Of a stretch of 52,335 nucleotides of DNA, positions 25,780 to 34,143 are shown one piece after another. Source of the DNA: Anaerolineales bacterium (GTDB lineage Bacteria; Chloroflexota; Anaerolineae; Anaerolineales; E44-bin32). How positions within the stretch are numbered: position 1 is the stretch's first letter; every line of letters starts with the position of its first letter. The stretch covers positions 1-52,335 of the forward strand of contig SOJU01000252.1 in NCBI GenBank assembly GCA_004376465.1, written 5' to 3'. The position numbers and the translations under genes are program-made. The notes under the pieces are model-generated. The model searched no databases. It was not told where the DNA came from and saw nothing but the letters and a program-made list of their open reading frames with translations.

Positions 25780-26759
25780 CCGCTGCCGTCGCCTCGGCCA
25801 AACCGTTTGCACACTGTGGCATCCGACCCGTAGAACCGCGCCACGATATGGCCGCACTAGCCGGGTTGATCGAACAAGCATTTTCAGAGCGATTAGATGC
25901 CTCCGGGCGGCGGATGATCTTGGGTATGAAGATGTTTGCACGGGCGGGGAGCCTCGGCTGGTTTTTGGGCCGTTGGTTTTTACCCCCAGCTGCCTACCCT
26001 CAGGGATATGTTTGGGAAGAGGATGGCGAGGTGGTAGGTAATGCAAGCCTGCTTCCCGTGAGTGGATACCAGCAACGCTGGGTAATGGCTAACGTCGTGG
26101 TCAAGCCGGAATATCAGCGCCAGGGCATTGCGCGGGAACTGATCCTGGCTTCGATCGAGCATGCACGACGCAGTGGGGGCAAGCGGATCATATTGCAGGT
26201 TGATCGTGATAATCAGGGAGCAAGGACTCTGTATGAGAACCTCAAGTTTAAGACTCTCTCAACGCGAACTACGTGGTTAAGAAAAGAGAACGGAGAATGG
26301 CCGCACGCTGATACTCAGGATCAGGTTCGACCTCGGACAAGCGGCGAATGGCGCGGGCATTGGGCGTTGGCAAAACGGCTGCACCCTGAAGGGTTATTAT
26401 GGCCTTTCCCTGCAGTTGCGAGCCTGTTTCGACCATCAGGATTTGAGAATCTGTTCGGATTGGGGAAACCCAAGCACTGGGTATGGCAAGAAGCCGGGAG
26501 ACTCGCCGGTGCGGTAAGCATCAGGTCTGAGTTAGAGCGCCGTCTATTGCGCTTGATGATGGTTGTGGAACCTGAATGGCGCGAAGATATCGAAAGCGGT
26601 CTTCTTTGTGAAGCGATGCAGGAATCGGCGGCGTTAGCTGACAACTTCATCCTGGATTATCCGTCTGACGTCGCCCGGGAAAAAATTGAAAGACTGGGCT
26701 TTAAGGCCATTCGCGAGCTCACATGGATGGGAATGAACCTCGAGGAAAACGAAACTTGA
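25776..26759 (+). CDS. GNAT-family N-acetyltransferase, two-lobed (GNAT + second degenerate GNAT-like half)
   Basis: The TTG start overlaps the upstream TGA (CTTGA), with GGAGGGAG upstream. The first half has motif A (VVVKPEYQRQGIARELILASIEHARRSG) and then TLYENLKFK. The second 150 aa ends in ERLGFKAIRE, which is typical of a GNAT beta-strand/helix terminus. Confidence 0.85.
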   Translation: MTAAVASAKPFAHCGIRPVEPRHDMAALAGLIEQAFSERLDASGRRMILGMKMFARAGSLGWFLGRWFLPPAAYPQGYVWEEDGEVVGNASLLPVSGYQQRWVMANVVVKPEYQRQGIARELILASIEHARRSGGKRIILQVDRDNQGARTLYENLKFKTLSTRTTWLRKENGEWPHADTQDQVRPRTSGEWRGHWALAKRLHPEGLLWPFPAVASLFRPSGFENLFGLGKPKHWVWQEAGRLAGAVSIRSELERRLLRLMMVVEPEWREDIESGLLCEAMQESAALADNFILDYPSDVAREKIERLGFKAIRELTWMGMNLEENET

Positions 26760-26792
26760 AGGATCCATGAGCTTTAATGGTGGAGATTCGCA

Positions 26793-27344
26793 ATGAATGA
26801 CGATCAAAACAGTATGGAGATACTCGATCAGCTTGATGCTGGTCAGATTGATGCCAGTGAAGCCGTCCGCCGGCTTTCAGAGAAGGGCGTACAACCCAAG
26901 CAGCAGGCTGAAGTTCCCAGCCTTCCCAACCGCTGGCGATATTGGTGGACGATCCCACTCTCCATTGGGTTCGCAATGTGTGTTACGGGGTGGGGCCTGA
27001 GCCAGCTAGGTGGCTGGTGGTGGATCTGCGCAGGACCTTTACTGGTGCTTGGAGCCGTCGTTATGATCTTGTCCGCAGCCACGTATAAGTCTCCCTGGGT
27101 CCATGTACGAGTAAAAACTGGAGAAGATAAATGGCCACGCACGATTGCGATCAGCTTGCCGCTTCCTCTTGGTCTCACCGCACGCATTCTAAGATGGCGA
27201 GGTTTGTCCTTTGGCGGGTTAGACGCAACCACGATCGACGATCTGATACTTGCGCTCCAAGCAAATCTGTCAGCCGGCGAACCGATTTATATTGAAGTTG
27301 ATGAGGGTGAGTCGGGAGAACAAGTAAAAATTATCTTGGGTTAG
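26793..27344 (+). CDS. Membrane protein: N-terminal SHOCT-like bihelix, two TM helices, C-terminal domain paralogous to the next ORF
   Basis: The SD is GGTGGAG. The N-terminus is MEILDQLDAGQIDASEAVRRLSEKG. The TM segments are WWTIPLSIGFAMCVTGWGL and WWWICAGPLLVLGAVVMILSAA. The C-terminus runs WVHVRVK...IAISLPLPLGL...IYIEVDEGESGEQVKIIL. Confidence 0.75.
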   Translation: MNDDQNSMEILDQLDAGQIDASEAVRRLSEKGVQPKQQAEVPSLPNRWRYWWTIPLSIGFAMCVTGWGLSQLGGWWWICAGPLLVLGAVVMILSAATYKSPWVHVRVKTGEDKWPRTIAISLPLPLGLTARILRWRGLSFGGLDATTIDDLILALQANLSAGEPIYIEVDEGESGEQVKIILG

Positions 27345-27361
27345 ACAAGGAGACATATGAG

Positions 27362-27733
27362 ATGTCATCAAAAGAGCGATTAAAAATTCTAAAGATGATC
27401 GACGAAGGAAAGATTACGGCAGAAGAAGGCACGCAATTACTTGGGGCCTTAAAGAAACAGGAGAAGCACAGGAGCGGTTCCACTGAAGGTGGAGCGCAGT
27501 GGTTGCGAATTCGAGTCAGTGACCTGAACTCTGGGAAAGAAACAGTTCGGGTTAGCCTCCCGATAGGTCTGGTTAATATCGGTATGAAGATGGGGGCTCG
27601 CTTTGTCCCGGAAATTGAGGAAGAGGCCGTTATGGAGGATCTGGCCGAAGCGCTATCTCAGGGGATGGCTGGAAAAATCATCGATATCGTGGATGAAGAA
27701 GATGGTGAACGTGTCGAGATATTTATCGAGTAA
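27362..27733 (+). CDS. Soluble protein: N-terminal SHOCT-like bihelix (YvlB/LiaX N-terminal type) + domain paralogous to the C-terminus of the previous ORF
   Basis: The SD AAGGAGA lies 8 nt upstream. The N-terminus is ERLKILKMIDEGKITAEEGTQLLGAL. The C-terminus runs WLRIRVS...VRVSLPIGLVNIG...IIDIVDEEDGERVEIFI. Confidence 0.8.
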   Translation: MSSKERLKILKMIDEGKITAEEGTQLLGALKKQEKHRSGSTEGGAQWLRIRVSDLNSGKETVRVSLPIGLVNIGMKMGARFVPEIEEEAVMEDLAEALSQGMAGKIIDIVDEEDGERVEIFIE

Positions 27734-27834
27734 GCAACATCATCTCGACCCAACCTCCTTTGCCTTCGAGATGAATCCGAGCTCAGATCAGCGGGGGAAG
27801 GCAGTCATGGTAAGATTCCCATGAGAGGGTAGTA

Positions 27835-28221
27835 GTGAAAAACTTTGGATTGCGTCTGGCGATTAACGCCCTTGCACTTTACCTCGCTGTGGGCACCGGC
27901 TGGATCCCTTACATACACGCAGAGAACACACAGTGGTGGGCATATTTCGTCATGGCCTTGATCTTCGCAGTTGTCAACGCGGTGCTTGGGCCTCTGCTGA
28001 AGCTGTTGACCTGTCCGTTGATATTTCTTACGCTGGGATTATTCACGCTGGTCATCAACACATTGCTTTTCTACGTGACGGGATGGCTTGGAAGCTTAAT
28101 CGGCAGTGGCTTCGGCTTCGAAATCGAAAAAGTCTGGGCGGGTTTTCTGGGCGCGTTGCTGGTCGGGATCGTCAATACTGTCCTCACGCTGGTTTTCCGG
28201 AGGGAGCTCAAAACAGCGTAA
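27835..28221 (+). CDS. DUF360 / phage-holin-superfamily-IV-like small membrane protein (YvlD-like)
   Basis: It is 128 aa with four TM segments. The N-terminal LRLAINALALYLAV is typical of DUF360. It has a GTG start. Confidence 0.8.
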   Translation: MKNFGLRLAINALALYLAVGTGWIPYIHAENTQWWAYFVMALIFAVVNAVLGPLLKLLTCPLIFLTLGLFTLVINTLLFYVTGWLGSLIGSGFGFEIEKVWAGFLGALLVGIVNTVLTLVFRRELKTA

Positions 28222-28258
28222 CCCCAAATTCGTCAATCAAGAACAAATCATTTATTGC

Positions 28259-28284
28259 ACGCAGCCTTGATGGCGCGTTTTTTA
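28259..28284 (+). terminator. Intrinsic terminator closing the 24.2-28.2 kb operon
   Basis: ACGCAGCC-TTGAT-GGCGCGT forms a 7-bp stem with one bulged A. It runs into a tract of 7 T. Confidence 0.6.
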
Positions 28285-28413
28285 TATAAATGACTGCACA
28301 CTCATGCGATTAAATCGCTCGGTATGGCTTGAATAGAATTTGCCCTCATCACGCTTTGACAGTTCCACTGTGGTAATCGGAACTTATGTAATGTAGTTTC
28401 AAGCCAGAATGCT

Positions 28414-29595
28414 ATGCTATACTCAAAAAACATGAGTGACCTGACGAGTTTGGAATGCCCTGAATGCGGGGAGCTTTTTAATCATGAGCAGCTTCAAACC
28501 ATATGTACCAAATGTGATTCGCCGCTGCTCTGCCACTACGATTTGGCGGATTACGCCGATAGCTTAGACAAAGAGCAGATCTCAAGCCGTCCTCGAGGCC
28601 TGTGGCGCTGGCATGAACTGCTTCCGGTACATAACCATGATTTTTGTCTAACGCTGGGGGAAGGCGATACAGCCCTTATACCTGTGCCTCGGATCGCAGC
28701 TGAATTGGGAATCGAATCGGTCTTCGTTAAAGACGAAGGGGGCAACCCCACCGGCACTTTTAAAGCTCGAGGGCTTGCAGTTGCAGTCTCGCGAGCCAAA
28801 GAACTCGGAGCTAAAACGCTCTCGATCCCGACCGCTGGCAACGCAGGAGGCGCTTTGGCTGCGTATGCCGCACGCGCTGAGATGGAAGCGCATGTCTTTA
28901 TGCCCGCGGATGCGCCTCTTGTGTATCAGATCGAGGTTGCTGTGCACGGCGGAGAATTGGTCCTTGTTGATGGTTTGATCGATGAAGCGGGTAGGCAGGC
29001 AGCACTGCAAACCGAGGCGAACGGTTGGTTTGGTATCTCGACTTTCAAGGAACCCTACCGCGTTGAGGGTAAAAAAACGATGGGGTTTGAGTTGGCGGAA
29101 GCCTTCAATTGGGAACTACCTGAAGTCATTATTTATCCCACAGGCGGTGGTACGGGGTTGGTTGGGATGTGGAAGGCATTTTCTGAGATGGAGGCGATGG
29201 GCTGGATCGGTGCGGATAGACCACGGATGGTGTGTGTCCAACCTGAAGGCTGCGCACCTGTCGTGAAATCGCTCGAGAAAGGAGAGCCGCGTATCACACC
29301 ATGGGAAAATGCAGCGACGACAGCCCATGGGATACGGGTTCCTCAAGTCTACGCCGATCGATTGGTTCTGAGCGCAATTCGTGAAAGCGGCGGCACAGGA
29401 ATTGCTGTAACTGATGATGAATTCATTCAAGCTCAAGCCGAATTGGCTCAGAAGGAAGGTATTCATACCTGCTTAGAAGGGGCAGCTACACTGGCTGGTT
29501 TACGCCGGATGGCCGCCGCCGGGGAAGTGGATCCTGGCGATCAGGTTGTCCTTTTCAATACCGGCACCGGATTGAAACAAATGAGTGTGATGTGA
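28414..29595 (+). CDS. thrC: Threonine synthase (short form with N-terminal Zn-ribbon)
   Basis: The Zn-ribbon is CPECGELF...CTKCDSPL. The PLP lysine motif is NPTGTFKARG. A glycine loop YPTGGGTGLVG is present. Confidence 0.9.
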   Translation: MLYSKNMSDLTSLECPECGELFNHEQLQTICTKCDSPLLCHYDLADYADSLDKEQISSRPRGLWRWHELLPVHNHDFCLTLGEGDTALIPVPRIAAELGIESVFVKDEGGNPTGTFKARGLAVAVSRAKELGAKTLSIPTAGNAGGALAAYAARAEMEAHVFMPADAPLVYQIEVAVHGGELVLVDGLIDEAGRQAALQTEANGWFGISTFKEPYRVEGKKTMGFELAEAFNWELPEVIIYPTGGGTGLVGMWKAFSEMEAMGWIGADRPRMVCVQPEGCAPVVKSLEKGEPRITPWENAATTAHGIRVPQVYADRLVLSAIRESGGTGIAVTDDEFIQAQAELAQKEGIHTCLEGAATLAGLRRMAAAGEVDPGDQVVLFNTGTGLKQMSVM

Positions 29596-29598
29596 TCT

Positions 29599-32160
29599 GT
29601 GACTGAGCGTACGAAAGCTTCGCTTGACCTCTTATACTCGATCAGCCGAGAGCTCACCGAACAGCTTGACCTGCGTGAGCTGTTGCAGCGCGTATTACAG
29701 CTTACACTCGAAGCTGTTGGGGCACCCGCGGGAAGTATTCTTGTGCTCGATGAGCATGGAGAGGTGACAGAAGGGGCTATCGCCTATGGGGGGAAAGTCC
29801 ATGACCATTCAGCCGAACAATTACGAGATACCTATGAACAGGGCCTGGCCGGGTGGGTGGTGGAGAACCGCCAGGCGGTGCTCATACAAGACACATCCAA
29901 GGACAAACGGTGGCTGCAAAAACCTGATGATAAGACAGATGGGGCCTCGCGTTCCGTGATAAGCGTGCCCTTGCTTGCAAGGGAGAATATTGTTGGTGCA
30001 TTAACGCTGGCGCGGCGCAAGCCGAATGGATTCTCTGAAGAAGACCTTGCCTTAGCAACGGCTATAGCGGATCAGGCAGGGGTCGCTGTGAGCAATGCGC
30101 ATCTGTTTCGAGCGGAGCAAGAACGAAGGCGGTTTGCCTCTACGCTTCAAGAGATCGCGCGAACGATAAGTTCAACTTTAGATCCCACCAGCGTCTTCGA
30201 GCAAGTCCTCGAGCAACTGCGCCGCGTCATTGAGTACGATAGCGCCAGTGTATTTTTGGTTAATGACGACCATTTAAAACCGGTTGCCGCGTTCGGATTT
30301 GCTGATATTAAGGAAGTGCTTAACCATTCGCTGCCGATTGATGAAGGTGGGCTGGGGGTCGAAGTATTTAAGGCTGGCAAGATTATGGTCGTCACGGATG
30401 TCCAACAAGAGTCGGCATGGGTGGAGCGCGGACGCCTTCAGGAATCAGGATTGATCAGAGGATGGATTGGCGCTCCGCTGATTGTGCGAGACCGAGTTGT
30501 GGGTGTGTTGAACGTGGACAGCCACCGTGTCGGTGCATATGGCCTTAAGGATGCCGAATTGGTTTCTGCATTCGCGGATCAAGCGGCAACGGCCGTTGCG
30601 AATGCCCAGCTCTATGGCGAGATTCAGAGACGTGTCCAATCCATGACGGCGCTAACTGAGACGGCACGCTCGGTAACTGCCAGCCTGGATCTTGACGAGG
30701 TTCTGCAGCGGATAACCGAGCGCACCATGGACAGTCTTGAAGTCGAGGCTGCGTCATTGGCTTTGATCGATGAAAAGACCGGTGAGCTTGAATTCCGGGT
30801 AGCTAGCGGAAGGGGCGCTGAACAGGTTGTTGGCCTTCGCCTGATGAAGGGCCAGGGTCTGGCGGGCTGGGTTGTTGACCATAAGGAAGCTGTGTTTGTA
30901 TCCGATGTGCAATCCGACCCACGGTTCCATTCAAAAGTAGATGAACTTATCGGGTATACAACTCGGGTTATGGCAAGCGTACCGATACAGGTTCAGGATA
31001 AAATAATCGGTGTGATCGAAGCGATCAACCCCCGCGGGGACGACCTTGCGCCTGAACAAGTCGAGTTATTGAGGGGGATCGCTGACCTGGCAGGTACGGC
31101 GATCGTTCGAGCACAACTTTTCAAGGAGACTCAAGCTGCCCGTCAGCGCTACGCAAGCCTGTTTGAAGACAGTATTGACACCATCCTAATCACGGACCTT
31201 GCCGGTGAAATAACAGATGCAAATAACCGCGCCGAGACAATGTTGGGCTTACCGCGTACCGAGTTGCTCGGATTGGATATCTCCAATCTCCACGTGATGG
31301 ATAAGGATTTCTTATCTGCTGATTTAAGTGAACTCTCTCTTGGAGAAACGATCTCCTACGATAGTCAAGTTACAAATGAACAAGAGGGATACTTGCCCGT
31401 TGAGGTGCACGTTAAAAAGATTGATATAGGGGCGGTTTCCTTCCTTCAGTGGATCCTGCGTGATATTTCAGAACGCCTGGAGCTTGCGAAGTTGCGCTCT
31501 GATCTGACTTCGATGATTTTTCACGATTTACGCTCGCCGCTGGGGAATATCATTTCGAGTCTTGAATTACTAAAAGAATCTCTAATTGGGGACGACGAGA
31601 CGGTTCAATCGGTCCTCTCGATTGCTTCGCGCTCCAGCCGCCGCGCTTCACGACTGGTCGAATCGTTGCTTGATCTTGATCGCCTGGAGACAGATCAAGC
31701 TGTCCTGAACAAATCTGAGACCTCAATAGGAGCGTTGGTTGCAGAAGCCGTAGAAGAGGTACATCCGACGGCAGAAGCGAAGGGCCAGTTGCTGCGAATG
31801 GAATTAGCCCCCGGGTTGCCCAAGGTCCTTATGGATGTGGACATGGTCCGCCGCGTGTTAATTAATCTGTTGGAAAATGCGATTAAATTCTCCCGGGGAG
31901 GCGATTTGGTCCAAATTTCAGTGAGGCAAGAAGGAGATCATCTGCAAATAGCAGTTAAGGACAGCGGGGTGGGTATATCGCCGAGAGATCAGGAACGCAT
32001 CTTTGAGAAGTTCACCCGCCTCGGGGGGCAGGAACGCCCCAAGGGTCTTGGACTTGGCTTGGCTTTCTGCCGCTTAGCGGTAGAGGCACACGAAGGTAAG
32101 ATCTGGGTTGAGAGCGAAGAGGGGAAGGGTTCGACATTTACCTTTACGCTCCCGGTATAA
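29599..32160 (+). CDS. Sensor histidine kinase: three GAF domains + PAS + HisKA + HATPase_c (soluble)
   Basis: The GTG start lies 3 nt after the thrC stop. Repeated GAF-type segments (SVISVPL.., GWIGAPLIVRDRVVGVLNVD, MASVPIQVQDKIIGVIEAIN) are present. The H-box is FHDLRSPL, the N-box is LLENAIKFS, and G1/G2 are DSGVGI and GLGLGLAF. Confidence 0.9.
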   Translation: MTERTKASLDLLYSISRELTEQLDLRELLQRVLQLTLEAVGAPAGSILVLDEHGEVTEGAIAYGGKVHDHSAEQLRDTYEQGLAGWVVENRQAVLIQDTSKDKRWLQKPDDKTDGASRSVISVPLLARENIVGALTLARRKPNGFSEEDLALATAIADQAGVAVSNAHLFRAEQERRRFASTLQEIARTISSTLDPTSVFEQVLEQLRRVIEYDSASVFLVNDDHLKPVAAFGFADIKEVLNHSLPIDEGGLGVEVFKAGKIMVVTDVQQESAWVERGRLQESGLIRGWIGAPLIVRDRVVGVLNVDSHRVGAYGLKDAELVSAFADQAATAVANAQLYGEIQRRVQSMTALTETARSVTASLDLDEVLQRITERTMDSLEVEAASLALIDEKTGELEFRVASGRGAEQVVGLRLMKGQGLAGWVVDHKEAVFVSDVQSDPRFHSKVDELIGYTTRVMASVPIQVQDKIIGVIEAINPRGDDLAPEQVELLRGIADLAGTAIVRAQLFKETQAARQRYASLFEDSIDTILITDLAGEITDANNRAETMLGLPRTELLGLDISNLHVMDKDFLSADLSELSLGETISYDSQVTNEQEGYLPVEVHVKKIDIGAVSFLQWILRDISERLELAKLRSDLTSMIFHDLRSPLGNIISSLELLKESLIGDDETVQSVLSIASRSSRRASRLVESLLDLDRLETDQAVLNKSETSIGALVAEAVEEVHPTAEAKGQLLRMELAPGLPKVLMDVDMVRRVLINLLENAIKFSRGGDLVQISVRQEGDHLQIAVKDSGVGISPRDQERIFEKFTRLGGQERPKGLGLGLAFCRLAVEAHEGKIWVESEEGKGSTFTFTLPV

Positions 32161-32192
32161 TGATCCCCGCAACCGAAGATTAGGGAGCCTGC

Positions 32193-33029
32193 ATGCAAAA
32201 GATAGTCCCAAATGTTTATCTTGAAAACAAGTATATCGGCGTGGACCTGGGCTTGGTGGTCATCGGGAAAGAGCTCTTGATCGTCGATTCACCTCTTCAT
32301 ACTGAAGATGTGAAAGAATGGTTTAAGGTTATAAGCGGGCGTGGACGACCCAAATTTCTAGTCTTGCTTGATTCTCACCCTGACCGTGTGTTGGGTTCGC
32401 GATCCTTGTCATTACCAGCTATTGCTCAAGACCACACCCTAACAACCATCCGCGAATGGGCAGATACCTTCAAAGGCAATGCTCATCCGATTGGGGCTGA
32501 AGCGGATCATTTGAAAAGAATCACTGGGGTGAACAACGCCATTCCGGAGATAACCTTCTCCGAGAGAATGGTTATCCATATGGGAGGAAAGGAAATTGTT
32601 TTTCTGCACCGACCCGGACCTCGCCCTGGTTCCATGTGGATGGTAATCCCCGATTTATCCGTTGTTTTTGTTGGGGATACTGTAACTATGGATGAACCCC
32701 CCTATGTTGGAGTCTCCGTTATCGAAGCGTGGCTGAACAACTTGGATGAACTGCGCGGTCCGGATATGAAATCTTATACTCTGATCTCGTCTTACGGGGG
32801 GCGAATCGATCGCAAGGATATCAACCATACGGCTCGTTTTCTGAGGAAGGTGCAGAATCGAGTCGAGAAGCTGGAGAATGACAAGAACCGCGACGAGGAG
32901 ATAGAGCGCTTGGCGATAGATCTCATGGGAGATTTCAGTATTCGGCCTATACAAGAAGATTTGATGCTCAAGCGTTTGAAAACTGGACTACTGGACCAAA
33001 CTTTGCTGCAGTACCCAGATGGCGCTTAG
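32193..33029 (+). CDS. MBL-fold metallo-hydrolase-like protein (degenerate metal motif)
   Basis: LIVDSPLH ... LLDSHPDRVLG replaces the canonical HxHxDH. The overall length and pattern fit the beta-lactamase fold. Confidence 0.65.
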   Translation: MQKIVPNVYLENKYIGVDLGLVVIGKELLIVDSPLHTEDVKEWFKVISGRGRPKFLVLLDSHPDRVLGSRSLSLPAIAQDHTLTTIREWADTFKGNAHPIGAEADHLKRITGVNNAIPEITFSERMVIHMGGKEIVFLHRPGPRPGSMWMVIPDLSVVFVGDTVTMDEPPYVGVSVIEAWLNNLDELRGPDMKSYTLISSYGGRIDRKDINHTARFLRKVQNRVEKLENDKNRDEEIERLAIDLMGDFSIRPIQEDLMLKRLKTGLLDQTLLQYPDGA

Positions 33030-33087
33030 ATGGATGAAGCTTTCCACTTAATTTACGTAGGCAAAATACTCGGAAGCACTGCAATCG

Positions 33088-34143
33088 ATGAGTGATAAGC
33101 CGATGGTGGACATCCTACGGGGCGGTATCGTTGAGTCATCCCACCAGTTTGTTGCAACCGTGGCGAATGTTCACGGTGAAGTTCTGGCTGCGTGGGGAAA
33201 CGCAGATCTCGTTACCTTTCTCCGCTCAAGCGCCAAGCCATTTCAGGGAATGCCCCTCGTTGAGAGTGGGGCTGCGGCTCACTTTGGGCTCAGCGAACAG
33301 GAATTGGCGATTGCGTGTGCTTCGCATGCCGGCACCGATGACCACATCGAAGTTGTCCACTCGATCCTCCGAAAAATTGGACTCAGCGAGGCGGACCTGC
33401 GCTGCGGCACCCATACCCCATACGACACTAAGACTTCAAAGAAGTTGATAATGGCGGGTGAAAAGCCCTCACCCATTCGCCACAATTGCTCCGGGAAGCA
33501 TGCAGGGATGCTGGTCGTGACCCGCTATCTGGATGCGTCGACGTCAACTTACCTGGAACCGGATCATCCTGTCCAGAAACAGATATTGCATAACTTTGCA
33601 GATATGGTCGCGATGGCTGCTGATGACATAATTGTTGGCATCGACGGCTGCTCAGCGCCGAATTTTGCCATACCCATCCGGAATGCTGCAGCTGCTTATG
33701 CCCGCTTGATGGATCCAGGGCAGTTCTCAACAGAGAAAGCGGATAGTTGCAGGACGATCGTGAGGGCGATGACTGCGTATCCCGAGATGATCTCGGGCGA
33801 AGGCCGTTTTGATACGCTTCTCATGCAAATGACTGCCGCTCAAGTGCTCTCGAAAGGCGGGGCGGAGGGTTTTCAGGGGATAGGGATTCCGCCCAATTCT
33901 CTTGGCTCCGGATCTCCCGCGTTGGGCGTTGCACTTAAAGTATTGGATGGAGACCTAGGAAGTCGTGCGCTGTCGGTCGCCACAATTGGTGTACTCGAGG
34001 CATTGGGTGTTCTATCAGCTGGAGAGCGTCAGCAGCTTAAGCAATTTGACTCCCGATCGATATTTAACCAGAGCGATCTGCGTGTAGGGGAGATCCGATC
34101 GCCCCAAGCAGTTCGGGATGTTTTTAATCTGGCCAATGAATGA
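33088..34143 (+). CDS. Asparaginase (asparaginase_II / PF06089-type family)
   Basis: RSSAKPFQ, ACASHAGTDDH, CSGKHAGML and GAEG are characteristic of this family. Confidence 0.8.
   Translation: MSDKPMVDILRGGIVESSHQFVATVANVHGEVLAAWGNADLVTFLRSSAKPFQGMPLVESGAAAHFGLSEQELAIACASHAGTDDHIEVVHSILRKIGLSEADLRCGTHTPYDTKTSKKLIMAGEKPSPIRHNCSGKHAGMLVVTRYLDASTSTYLEPDHPVQKQILHNFADMVAMAADDIIVGIDGCSAPNFAIPIRNAAAAYARLMDPGQFSTEKADSCRTIVRAMTAYPEMISGEGRFDTLLMQMTAAQVLSKGGAEGFQGIGIPPNSLGSGSPALGVALKVLDGDLGSRALSVATIGVLEALGVLSAGERQQLKQFDSRSIFNQSDLRVGEIRSPQAVRDVFNLANE

Noticed and set aside
25776-28221. The GNAT plus a small partner as a GNAT-type toxin-antitoxin pair, or the holin-like gene as part of a prophage lysis cassette.
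   Set aside because: The GNAT is a 327-aa two-lobed enzyme rather than a TacT/AtaT-like toxin, which is roughly half that size. There is no RHH/DUF1778 antitoxin. No endolysin, spanin or other phage genes are nearby. DUF360 proteins are common non-phage membrane proteins.
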